Source: Schmidtea polychroa
Taxonomy: Eukaryota
Direction: 5' to 3'
Length of the DNA stretch: 64,000 bases
Assembly (NCBI GenBank): GCA_044892525.1
Contig: CM097885.1
Span: 42,470,001-42,534,000 of the forward strand
Shown here: positions 1 to 12,470 of the stretch, piece after piece
How the letters are laid out: the number at the start of each line of letters is the position of its first letter
Position numbering within the stretch: position 1 is the first letter of the stretch
The notes under the pieces: generated by a model
Database searches by the model: none
Told to the model about the DNA's origin: nothing
Seen by the model: only the letters and a program-made list of their open reading frames with translations
Position numbers and translations under genes: made by a program

Positions 1-1321
1 TAATGCCAAATAATAACCAAATATTTGCCTAAATAAAATCATTAAAACACACCAGTACCTTTACGACCAGTACCCTTACGACCAGTACCCTTACGACCAA
101 TACCCTTACAAGCAGTACCCATAGAAGGAGAAAATATTTTGTCGGATAAACTCCGAGTATATATATAATAAAACGAATTAACAATAACTCCATCAAATTG
201 AATCAGTCAAATTATCACAAATTTTAATAAAAAATCTTATTCTAAAGTGGTAAGCAGCGTAAAATCGAAAGATAATTTTAATAACACAGAGATAAAATTA
301 ACAATATTATTCTCAGGTGGTAAGAATCATCATTATTCTATGATTAATTAATAATGAAATTCAAAAAGGTGAAAATAAGGGTTTGAATTATTCATTAATG
401 GAACGTAAATGTAAATATACCGAGAAGTGTCATAGATAAGATGGAAATATATTAATTGCATTTATTTAAAATTATTTCATGAAATTCATAAAAATTTATA
501 AAAATGATCACTTTAATAAAAAAAAATATTTAATTCAATGTTCAAAGAAATAGTTGTTGGGAGGATTAGTGGAAAATGGGGGGCTATAAGTGATGAGTAT
601 TTATAAATTATTTCTAATATATGAGTGACTAACGAATAATAATAATGTGATAAACAATTATTTTGATAAAGTATTTAATCCAAAAATGACAAACATACAT
701 AACAAATGGTATTTGACTAAGCAACTATGATAACTTTATATTTTAAATTTTGATTAACTCCTTTAATATTGAATTAATAATTATGAGATTTACTATTTTA
801 CATTAAATATTTCAAAAACAGTTATTCTAAAAGATAATTTAAGATACATTACTCTTTTTAATCAAAATAATCTCTCAAAGTTAAGAAGGAAACAAAGTGT
901 GTCAGAACACATACCCAGCATTAACTTTACTTAAATTTATGAAAACATCAAGTAAGCAATGATAATAGAGGGATAACAGACTCAAAAATAAAATATTCTT
1001 ACCACCTGAGAATAATATTGTTAATTTTATCTCTGTGTTATTAAAATTATCTTTCGATTTTACGCTGCTTACCACTTTAGAATAAGATTTTTTATTAAAA
1101 TTTGTGATAATTTGACTGATTCAATTTGATGGAGTTATTGTTAATTCGTTTTATTATATATATACTCGGAGTTTATCCGACAAAATATTTTCTCCTTCTA
1201 TGGGTACTGCTTGTAAGGGGATTGGTCGTAAGGGTACTGGTCGTAAGGGTACTGGTCGTAAAGGTACTGGTGTGTTTTAATGATTTTATTTAGGCAAATA
1301 TTTGGTTATTATTTGGCATTA
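1..1321. repeat. Large inverted repeat: 327-bp arms (1-327 and 995-1321) around a 667-bp AT-rich spacer
   Basis: 995-1321 is the reverse complement of 1-327; I found one mismatch (position 1220). The left arm runs to the window edge, so the arms may be longer. Confidence 0.95.
51..160 (+). repeat. Unclassified terminal module, copy 1, with 4 x 15-bp ACCAGTACCCTTACG repeats (mirror copy at 1162-1271)
   Basis: Four near-identical 15-mers, then AGCAGTACCCATAG and AAATATTTTGTCGGATAAACTCCGAGTATATATA. The same core recurs at 2974-3070, 4854-4950, 6311-6382, 45255-45342 (rc) and 58196-58261 (rc). Confidence 0.85.
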
Positions 1322-2973
1322 AATTCATTGGTAATTTTTTAGAGTTAGCGGGATTTTACTAACATTTTTTTTTGTGAATTTCATGTTAATTGAAAGAATA
1401 TTTAAGGTTTAGTGTTAATTCTAAGATAAATTTAATTAATTTCTTGATAATTTGCTATATTTTATTAATTTTGATGATGATGATGACTTTGTAATGATAA
1501 TTTGACTAAATAATTTTTTCATATATTTTTCTAAGAATATTTACACATTGATGAACTTTAAAATATTGAAAATCTAAAGTTGAAACAATCTAATTTTTTC
1601 ACGATGATGATATATTTAAAATCTACTTGAAAATTATTGTAAAATATACCTAAATTTAGTTTGAAAGATATATCATGTTATAATGGTTATAATTATGATC
1701 AATCAATGAGATATTATCATCTCTAGTTAGGTATTTGATGACACATGTGGTTAAATATTTATTTTAATGAATTTTGATCTTTTAGTGGACTCTTTGAATT
1801 TAGCTACTAAATTATTTCAATGGAAGAATGTCTGTGACAATTAAATAAAATTCATATTTTGAAGAATTTTCTATAGATTTTAAGATTTATTAAAGGGCAC
1901 AAGTGGATGAAATTATATTCGGTTGGATTTAGTGAAGGTTAAGATGGTAATATATACGATTTAAGGTGTTTTAAGGGGTAAAGATATTTGGTGAGGGATC
2001 GGTTAATGTTTTGAATATTTATATATTCTTATTGGTAAAATATCAAATTTTCAAGGGAAATAGTCAGCTATGAATAGATCCTGTGAAATTATACCGTTTT
2101 AGAGGTTGTGATGAATGTTATTGCACAGTAATTTATGTTTCAGAACCAGTTTTTATTAATTATCCACGGTTTTATTAATGGGTAATGACTAATTTACTTG
2201 GTTTTGACAATGCAATATTTGAAATATTTAGAGATAATTGATATCAAAGGTTATTGCTTTAAATTATTTTATTTAACATTTTAAAGACGGACATTCATTA
2301 TGAAGATAACGGTAACAAAAATATTGACTTAAAAGAGTTAGACATCGACAACTAAAGAAAATTTAACTTTCATGAAGGAAATTTATGATTTTAATTATAT
2401 TTCCAGAAATTAAATAGGTTGAATATCAATTAATCTATTGAAGGAATATTGTTATCGGGTGGATAAATGATATTTTGCTAAATTACCTTTGCTAAATATT
2501 ATTTTAAATGACTAAAAATAACAAAATTAAGCAATATTCATAAATTTATCGCACAAAATGTCCATGTTTTGGTTACTCAAACATCTTAAATTTCTCGCAA
2601 AGATATATTACGTCTAATGATCATCTAATTAAATTAGAAAATAATTGTTACTTTATAATATATATTTCTAAATAATAGGCCCCTTAATTGGATAAATGAT
2701 AACCATATTTCTATTATGACTCCTTTAATTATTTTTGCCTCAAACAAATTTACTCCAAATGATAAAGAATTTAAAATTATCAATGAATAATGACCATGTT
2801 TTTCTCATATTATTATCTATTGTAACGAACATTAGATGAATAAATTAATTTTTGCTTTAAATGACTACAAAGTTAACCAATAAATTAGTCGCTCGACATA
2901 AGTGTAAAGTTACATTTAAAATATTCACGAATTTCTGATCATCTCACTAAATTACCTAAGAATTTCTAAATGA

Positions 2974-3070
2974 TTAATATAGCCTTGCGACATGTTGAAT
3001 GTGACCAGTACCCTTGCTAGCAATACCCATAGGGTGACAGAATATTTTGTCGGATAAACTAGGAGTATAT
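2974..3070 (+). repeat. Unclassified terminal module copy
   Basis: TTAATATAGCCTTGCGACATGTTGAATGTGACCAGTACCCTTGCTAGCAATACCCATAGGGTGACAGAATATTTTGTCGGATAAACTAGGAGTATAT; closely matches 4854-4950. Confidence 0.85.
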
Positions 3071-4853
3071 GGTCTTTATTGATATATCAAAATACTGTTA
3101 TTTATAAATCAACTAAAAATACTCAAAAATACTATATTATTTTACTGAATGATACCTTAAATGTTTTTAATATACATATTTCTAAAATAAATCAACAGTT
3201 CAAACCAACAACATGTATGCAAGACCACCCATTGTTAATTTATTCCCAGTGTCACGTCCCTCAAAAATACTGTGAGTGTTTTAACAAAACTGAGCTCAAA
3301 GAAACTTTCCAGATAACAACTCACCTGAATGTTTTGAACAAAAATGAGCGAAATTGAGAACAAACGATTAGATGGCGATTAAATTCTGGCCATAACCCTA
3401 ACAACATGAAAATTAAGATTTTAATTATTGAATTCGTTGTTTTCTGCCTGGAAATACTAACAGAATATTTTTTAATTCAAAGAATCTTCATTATAAATTT
3501 TTGAATTTAAAAAATTAAATTAAGGATATATTAAATTTACAATACATAAAATTATAATATTATATAAAATTATACTATATAATAATGTTAATGTTTAAAT
3601 ATGTTTAAATAACTAAATTGTTTAAATATTTTTAAATAACTAAATTAAATTATTTAAATTTAATTTATTTAAATATACTTTTGATATAACTTTATTTCTT
3701 TCGTTTTAGTATCCATAAAGTAAGCAAATAAAGAATTTACTAAAATATTTTAATTATTTTACTTAGTAATGAAGAAAATGAATTATATGATTATGAAGAA
3801 GATGAACAAAATGGTGAAACACTAAATGACTTATGTTCTGGATTTAGAGATTTCTTATTAAAACATGAATTATAGAAGAAAATGAACCAGGCAAAATGGT
3901 GAAACACTAAAGGAGTTATAGTTCCGGATTTCTTAAATGAATTAGCTGATTGGGGGTGTCCTTCAACATGAATGTTTACTTAAATTATGTAAACTTTCAA
4001 CGAATGTCAAGAAAAATGGGAAAAAACCGATGTTTTATCAATTAGATATTGTAAAGTACTACCTGAAGAATATTATTATTAATGTAAGACATGAATTAAT
4101 CTTTTAAAATATATATATATATATTATATTTAGGTATCTGTGTTTTATGGTGGGAAATGACATTGAAAAAGTATACCACAAATAACAGTTGTCTAATTTA
4201 TCAAGCCTGTGACGATAAAATGCTAGATAATGTAAGTTAATTGCTTTTAAATCAATATAAATTTTAGCAATGATAGTTGACACCACATCAGAAACTAAGA
4301 AATATGTCCAATTTGCAAGATGTATTCCAAATGGCCCGATGGAGATGATAATTTTGAGATAGATTACCAACAGAAGAGCGAGAAAAATTTGTAAATTAAA
4401 TATAATAGGGTTGGGTGGGTCCTCTTTATCCCTTAATTAATATATATTTACAAGCTGATCGTCGTGGTGGGCGGTTGTAATCCAACTAGTGGGAGGCCTC
4501 TGTAAATATATATTTGTGTTAGTGAAAACAATAATTAATTTGGTTATAGTGCCAATGACGCATGTATTTTGAAATTATACGTTTCGAATGTGCTGGTAGT
4601 TGACTACCCATGCTAGGCGTAATGTTCCGTACGGAAAGCTATAATGCCCAGGTTCTTCTGACCCCACTTGGGGGAGGCACAGACGACCCTTGTGGACGCG
4701 AACAAATATCCACCGTGTCTTTCAGGCACAGATATTTGGTCACTGCTCATTAGGCCTGGCAATACTAAATGCATAAACTTTGCCTTGTCCTCTCTTGTCT
4801 TGATTTTTATCGTTTAAATAGTGTGTGTGATAAGTTTTATTTACTAACCCTAA

Positions 4854-4950
4854 TTAATATACCCTTGCGATATGTTGAGTGTGAGTAGTACCTTTGTGAG
4901 CAATACCCATAGGGGGACAGAATATTTTGTCGGATAAACTAGGAATATAT
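4854..4950 (+). repeat. Unclassified terminal module copy
   Basis: TTAATATACCCTTGCGATATGTTGAGTGTGAGTAGTACCTTTGTGAGCAATACCCATAGGGGGACAGAATATTTTGTCGGATAAACTAGGAATATAT. Confidence 0.85.
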
Positions 4951-5049
4951 ACACCCATGTTAAACAAGGTATGTGTATATAGAATGTGTGTGTAAAATTA
5001 TCGCTCCTTATTGACAACTTCCTGTAAAGGCAAACACAGAATACTGCAA

Positions 5050-5123
5050 ACATAATAATACTCTACCCCATAACTTAGTGTGTAAAAATTATTTAAGGTT
5101 TTTTCACTAATAATAATAATAAT

Positions 5124-5177
<54 letters not shown>

Positions 5178-5416
5178 GTTTAATGGGTTGTATATGTGTG
5201 TAAAAAATATTTGAGGTTTTCACGAATATTGATAATAATAATGGTTTATGAGTGTTTTTATGTTTTTGACTAATATTTGCAATAATAATAATGGTTAATG
5301 GGTTGTGTGCGTGTGTGTGTAGAAAATATTTTAGGTTTTCACTAATATTGATAATAATAATTGTTAGTGGGTTGTGTGAGTGTAAATAATATTTTAGGTT
5401 TTTGACTAATATTTGC

Positions 5417-5497
<81 letters not shown>

Positions 5498-6384
5498 GTT
5501 TAATGGGTTGTATATGTGTGTAAAAAATATTTGAGGTTTTCACGAATATTGATAATAATAATGGTTTATGAGTGTTTTTATGTTTTTGACTAATATTTGC
5601 AATAATAATAATAATAATAATAAGTTTAATGAGTTGTATGTGTGTGTGTAAAAATATTTTAGGTTTTTAATATTGATAATAATAATAATGGGTTGTGTGT
5701 GTGTAAAAATATTTTAGGTTTTTNNNNNNNNNNNNNNNNNNNNNNNNNNNNNNNNNNNNNNNNNNNNNNNNNNNNNNNNNNNNNNNNNNNNNNNNNNNNN
5801 NNNNNNNNNNNNNNNNNNNNNNNNNNNNNNNNNNNNNNNNNNNNNNNNNNNNGGTGAGTGTGTGTAAAAAGTATTTTAGGTTTTCACTAATAATGATAAT
5901 AATAATGGTTAATGAGTTGTGCATGTGTGTGTGTGTAGAAAATATTTTAGGTTTTTAATATTGATAATAATAATAATGGTTGAGGGGTTGTGTGTGTAAA
6001 CCATATTTTAGATTTTTCATTAACAATAATAATAATAATAATAATAATAATAAGAATAATAATAATAATAATAATAAGTTTAATGAGTTGTATGTGTGTG
6101 TGTAAAAATATTTTAGGTTTTTAATATTGATAATAATAATAATAATGGTTAATGGGTTGTGTGTGTAAACCANNNNNNNNNNNNNNNNNNNNNNNNNNNN
6201 NNNNNNNNNNNNNNNNNNNNNNNNNNNNNNNNNNNNNNNNNNNNNNNNNNNNNNNNNNNNNNNNNNNNNNNNNNNNNNNNNNNNNNNNNNNNNNNNNNNN
6301 NNNNNNNNNNGTGTGAGTAGTACCCTTGTGTGCAGTACCCATAGGGGACAGAATATCGTGTCGGATAAACTCGCAGTATATATG

Positions 6385-6450
<66 letters not shown>
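5050..6450. repeat. Compound satellite: (AAT)n tracts alternating with a GTGTGTAAAAATATTTTAGGTTTT unit; ends in a module copy (6311-6382) and a long (AAT)n tract
   Basis: Repeats are directly visible and interrupted by two N-gaps. The poly-Y, poly-I and poly-L ORFs in the track are translations of the microsatellite. Confidence 0.9.
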
Positions 6451-6589
6451 CTTAGAAAATAATAATATGTAATCAACGATTTAAACAAAATTATATTATT
6501 ACGTATTCTATAATTAAAACAGAAGAATTATATAATCAATGATTTAAACAAATTATATAATCATCGATAATTAAAACAAAATTATTAAT

Positions 6590-7110
6590 TCTAAAAATAT
6601 TAGACATCGTTCTAAAAGTATGATGTAATCATTCTAAAAATATTAGGCATCGTTCTAAAAGTATGACGTAATCATTCTAAAAATATTAGGCATCATTCTA
6701 AAAATAATAGACATCGTTCTAAAATTATGACGTAATCATTCTAAAAATATTAGGCATCATTCTAAAATATTAGACATCATTCTAAAAATATTAGGCATCG
6801 TTCTAAAAATATTTGGCATCGTTCTAAAATTATGACGTAATCAATCTAAAAATATTAGGCACCGTTCTAAAAATATTAGGCATCGTTCTAAAAGTATGAC
6901 GTAATCATTCTAAAAATATTAGGCATCATTCTAAAAATAATAGACATCGTTCTAAAATTATGACGTAATCATTCTAAAAATATTAGGCATCATTCTAAAA
7001 TATTAGACATCATTCTAAAAATAATAGACATCGTTCTAAAAATATTTGGCATCATTCTAAAATATTAGACATCATTCTAAAAATGTGATGAGTCATTGTC
7101 TTTGTTCTAA
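6590..7110. repeat. 20-22 bp minisatellite (core TTCTAAAA) with a higher-order duplication
   Basis: Units of type CATTCTAAAAATATTAGGCAT and CGTTCTAAAAGTATGACGTAAT. A ~140-bp block starting at 6651 recurs at 6884. Confidence 0.9.
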
Positions 7111-7140
7111 AAATGTGATGAGTCATCGTATGATAAAAAT

Positions 7141-7480
7141 CTATATCTCATTAGAAAGTTCTTGCACAGAGCTTTAAAATAAGCTATCGATCAATATAAT
7201 ATGTTGGCGGGAACAATAATTTTTGGGATGAAAAAAACTAGGTCCCCGCTGGATCACTTAATAATATTTTGAAAAATAATAATAATTTAACGTTGAAAAT
7301 GGTCTCGGGAAAACGTTAATAACTTTGTCAATATTAATGATGATGATACCTTCCATGGCTCATTCGAAAGGTCTTGGACTGAGCTTTAAGATGAGGTATC
7401 GTTCAATAAAATATGTTGGCGGAAACATTAATTTTTGGGATGAAAAAAAAATAGGGGCCCTCTGGATCACTTAATTAAAA
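7141..7480 (+). repeat. Two diverged ~125-bp direct repeats, probably internal repeats of a non-autonomous DNA element
   Basis: CTCATT(A/C)GAAAG..CTTG...GAGCTTTAA...ATATGTTGGCGG.AACA.TAATTTTTGGGATGAAAAAAA...CTGGATCACTTAAT at ~7147-7263 and ~7359-7474. Confidence 0.7.
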
Positions 7481-8329
7481 CAAAAAATTTAATTAAAAAA
7501 AAATAAATGACCTTGACCTTGACCTTTTATTTAAAAAAAAAATTTTTTTCCCCGGGGGGGGAGGGGTATGTGATCTGGAGGGGACCTGATCTGGATGGCC
7601 CACATCCTACTACTTATATAAGTAGACGCATTTCGGTCATAATTTAATGATTTTGGTAAAGCAAATTTTACAACTGGAATTTTATTGAAAGTAAGCAAGT
7701 ATTGTACTATTTTATATTGTACCATAATCAAATGTGTTTTGTCATAGTCTTTGATTCTTTTTGTTTTCGGAACGAAATAATTTTCAGTAAGTAAAATCAT
7801 CAGAAGCACAACAATATTTTTCGGTTCACAGTCACGTACATAAATTACAAGGCAGTAACATCCATTACACAATATGACTCATGAGGAGTGAAGCAATTTA
7901 TCTCTGAAGTTCACACTATAACTTCCTGTGCCCACTGTAGACAATGGCAAATTAACGGAGGAATGCTCTAACACTCCGGTATCTACGTGTGGAAAGCCTC
8001 CGCCTCTCATTACCATGCTGAAATAATGTTGATAAAAGAACAAATGCAAAACGAAAAGACAATAGGAGAACCAGATAAATGATTTAGTGATGGAGTTAAA
8101 ATTTATTACGAAGAAATGAATAAATTTGGGAGAAAGAAAATTCCAAAATATCATATGAAATCACTGGAAAAAGAATCAAATAAAGAAACCCAAGAGAAGA
8201 ATAATTACTAAAAAGAAAAGGCGATTAACCCCGAAGGAACCTAAAGAAATTTTGGTTAAAAACTATTTGTTAGAAAAACGAAGGTCTAAATATAGACATT
8301 AATAAAGTTCAAATTTCTTTTTATTTGAT

Positions 8330-9800
8330 ACAGAAGTGTAGGCGCTGATTCAACAAGCAACTACACAGATTTGAACTAGCAATTGATTGGATAGTAATTG
8401 ACACCAGCGGAGTGAAACAGAAAAGGCTCAGTAAGGTTCTGCACACAGAAAACACCTCCCTGCGCTTAAATGAGTTTAGAAATTCTATCAAAATGATGAA
8501 CAAAAAACAACAGCAAAAAACGAAAATATCGACAAACATTGAAAGACAAAACTTTCTAAACTATAAACAAAACAAACAACAACTACAAACTTCGAGAACG
8601 ACCAAACGTTAAAAACAACAAAGTCTTTACAGAGAATAATCAACTACTCGTACTCGAGGATTATTCTAGCACAGCACCCACCATAATTGAAGACAGTATC
8701 ATTAACAATTCAAACTAGAAAATAAAATGAAAAATAATTCGATAAATGGCTCCCAACCTATAAATTAAACCGTTCGGGTGAATTTAAATTTACCAAGCAA
8801 TCAACTGAAAAAGCCTTAAGTCATAGACAGAATTACCTGAAAAAGTAAGGTTCCACATTGAAATGCATAAATATTCGTGTGAAAAACCAATTGTGTATAA
8901 AAGGTATGTTTATGATATTTTTCTGATATTTAAAAATAAGGAACATGTGAAACCATTTTTGCATTGCATGAATGGATTGCACAAGAACATTAAATTCACA
9001 TGTGAAACTGAGAAGGATTCATCCATAGCATTTCTTGACTTGTTAATTAAACGTAAAGATTAACAATATGAGACAGAAATTTACAGAAAACCACCAGATA
9101 CCGGCCTCTATACTACCCCAGAAAGTTTTTGTGAATTTAAATATAAAAGAAACATGGTGGAAGGATTGGTTTATCGATCATGATGCTTATCTTCAGCTTT
9201 TAAAAATTCAGTAAAAAGTGTAGATAAATTAGTTGAATTACTGGTGAAGAATGGCTACTCAAAACGGTTTTTATTGTTAACGTTGAAGGAGACTGTTGAT
9301 AAATATATGAATAATGCTAAGGATCGTAGTATGAATGAATGTAAATTGACTGATATGTCGCATGATGTAGTGAATATGAGTATTGATACTAACAAACAAG
9401 ATGAGCCAAAATATACGATAGTATTGCCATATCCTGAAGGATATAAAGATTTCAAAAGAAAGATTGGTAAACAGATGGGTAAATTGAATTATAGAATTGT
9501 TTCAAAATCGTGCAAGGTATGTAGTATGTTTGTTAGTAAATCTCAAACGCCGGTTGGATTGTGTTTGGATCTTGTTTATCAGTTCACATGTAATGGGTGT
9601 ACATTGGAGAGACTTCCCATCATCTCTGTACTCGAGTTCAAGAACACTGTCGACCGAAGGGAGTGTCCAATATTAAGTCTGTATGAAAGAATTAAGAATG
9701 TCTGATTTTAAAATCTTATCAAAAAATTTTGATAATTGTTTTGAGCGTGTGATATGTGATGCATTATTGATAAGAACTTTTAATCCTAAAATCAATGTGC
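8330..9800 (+). mobile_element. Decayed Penelope-like retroelement (RT C-terminal half plus GIY-YIG endonuclease)
   Basis: YKRYVYDIFLIF (YxDD region), KFTCETE, IAFLDL, TEIYRKPPDT at 8863-9110. LVYQFTCNGC at ~9571-9600 is followed, in a shifted frame, by YIGETSHHLCTRVQEH. Stops and frameshifts present. Assigning 8330-8700 to the same ORF is less certain. Confidence 0.85.
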
Positions 9801-10289
9801 AGAATGCAGTGAATATTTGTGTGTTGAATGTTTTTAATTAAGTTTTTGTATGTTGATGTATATTAATAATAGTTATGTTAAATAATTAAAAAAATAATTA
9901 AAATAATATTTTTTAAAATAATTTTAAAAGTTTAAATATGGGTAAATTATTGAAAATTATTTAAAAAAAATAATTGTTTAAAATTTTTATTTATAATTTA
10001 AAATTTATAGATTTTATAATTTCAAATGATAAAACTGTGATATCTGGTTTGATCAGTCAGGAGCGTTATCAAGTGGAAAAATAGAGCAGCTGTATGCTGC
10101 AGTGATAGTAGAATACATTTCAATCCATTTAGCTCTTCCAAATCAAAGATATATTAAATTGTCAGTGTCAGTGATCGGATTAATCTTAATGTACACATTC
10201 ATAAAAATTATCTTTGGGGGGCGCCAATTAGGATTCAACAGGAGCGTGGAGGGGCGACTCCCCCCACGCCTATAGCTAAATCCGCCCCT

Positions 10290-12470
10290 GTTGCGTGACC
10301 ATTACAACTTCCGCTTCTTTAAATCTATTTAATTATTTGGCCTCTGGCCAAAAATTATAATTTGTAAATATTACCCGATAATATGCAATTAGGATTATTT
10401 ATTTTTTTTAAAAATAACCACATATTCATGAATGACACAATCAAGATAGAAAATTAATAGACATGTTGAGGTCTGTAAATTAAAATAAATTTAAATGAAA
10501 TTAAGGTTAATAAGTGAAGAGAAAAGACAAATAAAAGCGTGATCGTGCACAGAATTGATAGTAAAGGAAAGTGTGATGGAAGCAGTATTAGAAAATGCCA
10601 AAAGCCATTACGGAAGGCAAGAATGCGGAAATCCGAGAAAAATCAATACATTGTAAAATCATCGAAATCGAATTGGGAAAACGGGACAGGTATAGATTAG
10701 CTAAATGGTGAGAAAAAATAGTGAGAAAATGGTTAGGAAGGGTCGAAAAGCATTCAAATGTGTAAAAACAGAAAACGTTAATTAATTAATTAATTGGCTA
10801 ATAGAAAACCCGAGCTAATGGGAAACCCGAGCCAATGGAGAACCCGAGAGATGAAGGAAACCCGAGCTGGGTAAACAAAAAAGAAAAGCAAACAGAAGGA
10901 AGATTTGGGCCCATTAGCTTGACACAATGATTAATTGGAAAAGAGCATGGAGAAGATAGTGTGTGTAGAAAGGCCGGACGGGCCATTAATTATCTTTGTT
11001 CGTTGGACCATTATGGGTGACAGCCGAAGCAGATATGTGGAAGCGAATGTCAAGTGAGAGATTGGCTCGGCAATAACCATTTGTCATCCCGATTTCGAAG
11101 AGTATAAAAGGAAGGGGAAATCAGAGTAAATCGGCATTTTGCCTCTGGTAGGGTAAGAAGAACTCGAGCTTAGGAAAAGGCAAAAACGAATTAAAGAGAT
11201 TAGGGAAAAAGAAGAGATAGAATAAGAATAAAAAGAGTGACAAGGGATCAAATCAAAGAAACAAAAGGAAAACGTTGGTCAAGAGAACCTAAGGGAATAA
11301 TAGGTGAATATTATCTTTATCAAAGCATCAACACCGAGCGGAGAATCGGTCAAACTTAACTTTGATTATTGATTGTAAAGTGGTGAGAAAAGATTGTAAA
11401 TTTTGTTATTTCAATATACGTTGGGTCGTTATTGTTTTGATTTAAAGGACACGAGGAGTCAGAGGTAACCGACTTAAATTAACTAAAAACCCAACAGACA
11501 TGTCCGGATGAAGTTCGATCTAATCCTGGTGGTAAGGCGAAAGTAGTCCGAAGGAAGCCAGTAGGCAAGACTCAAAACTTCGTTTCCTGACGGAATTCCT
11601 CTCTTTGAATGAATCGAGGCTGAATATTGTACAATAAAATCAGCCGGAATATCTATCACCCGAGTAGACGAAGGAGAAAGACGGGTAAATAGATCCGCGA
11701 AAAAAATGTTAATCTGACAAGATCGTGGGAAACTTCGTTTTGAGAAGCGGCTACTGATCGTAAAACCGGACCAGTTAATATGTATAATAAATTTGATAAA
11801 TGGCTTAACATAAAATAATTTTAGATTCAGGAGTTCTTAAAAATGATTATTAGTTTTATTTTAGTTTCGTTATTTAGGTTTTAGAAATAGTTAGGAAAGA
11901 GAAAATGCACACCGAACTGAAACTCAAATGACGAGAAACCGACGAATTTGGAGAACCGTTCAAATTTGGAAGAAGTTCAAAGAAATAATTAATTTTCCTT
12001 TGTTACATTTTGAAAAAATAAAATGATGGAATAATAAATCTTGATTTTCTTATAGTTGTTTGTATATCGCACCGACAGTAATAATAAAGCTTTTTTATTC
12101 ATAGTAAATAGTAAATTTAAGACAATAGAACTTTTAACAAAATAGGTAAAATGATGTAAAAATGATCGAAGCCCTCGAGAAAGCTCAGGCCGAAGACTAG
12201 GGAACATCCAAGGACCTAAAAATCACAATCAGGAAGCAGTCGTAGAAGCCATTGAACTTCAAACCGGAATTCATACTGACGTCGGGGTTGGATGAATACC
12301 AACATACTGCGAGACTGAGCTGTTTGCAGCCATATCAGCACTGATCTCAATAATCTCTGCAGCTGTTCCAGCGCGGAAGAAGCCCTGCAAGCCCAAACCC
12401 GGGAAGTACAAATGCAAACAAATGAGAAAGATAAAGTCAGTTCAAAAAGAGGTTTATTAAAAATAACAAG
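10290..12470 (+). mobile_element. Probable long LTR and leader remnant of an LTR retrotransposon
   Basis: Starts TG, purine-rich plus strand, four AACCCGAG repeats (10807-10867), TATAAAA at ~11104 followed by AATAAA-like signals. No second LTR, PBS or pol found. Confidence 0.3.

Noticed and set aside
51-120. 15-bp repeats as a CRISPR array or telomere
   Set aside because: Units are contiguous with no spacers and do not match TTAGGG-type repeats.
1680-2340. Reassigned stop codons or a mitochondrial insertion
   Set aside because: All three stops occur at roughly chance frequency, no mitochondrial gene is recognisable, and the Ly6, gag and integrase ORFs use standard stops.
5107-6488. Track ORFs with poly-Tyr, poly-Ile or poly-Leu and X runs
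   Set aside because: Translations of (AAT)n microsatellite and N-gaps; the same applies to gap-spanning ORFs at 30.1, 33.9, 34.4, 37.9, 38.4, 40.6 and 43.7 kb.
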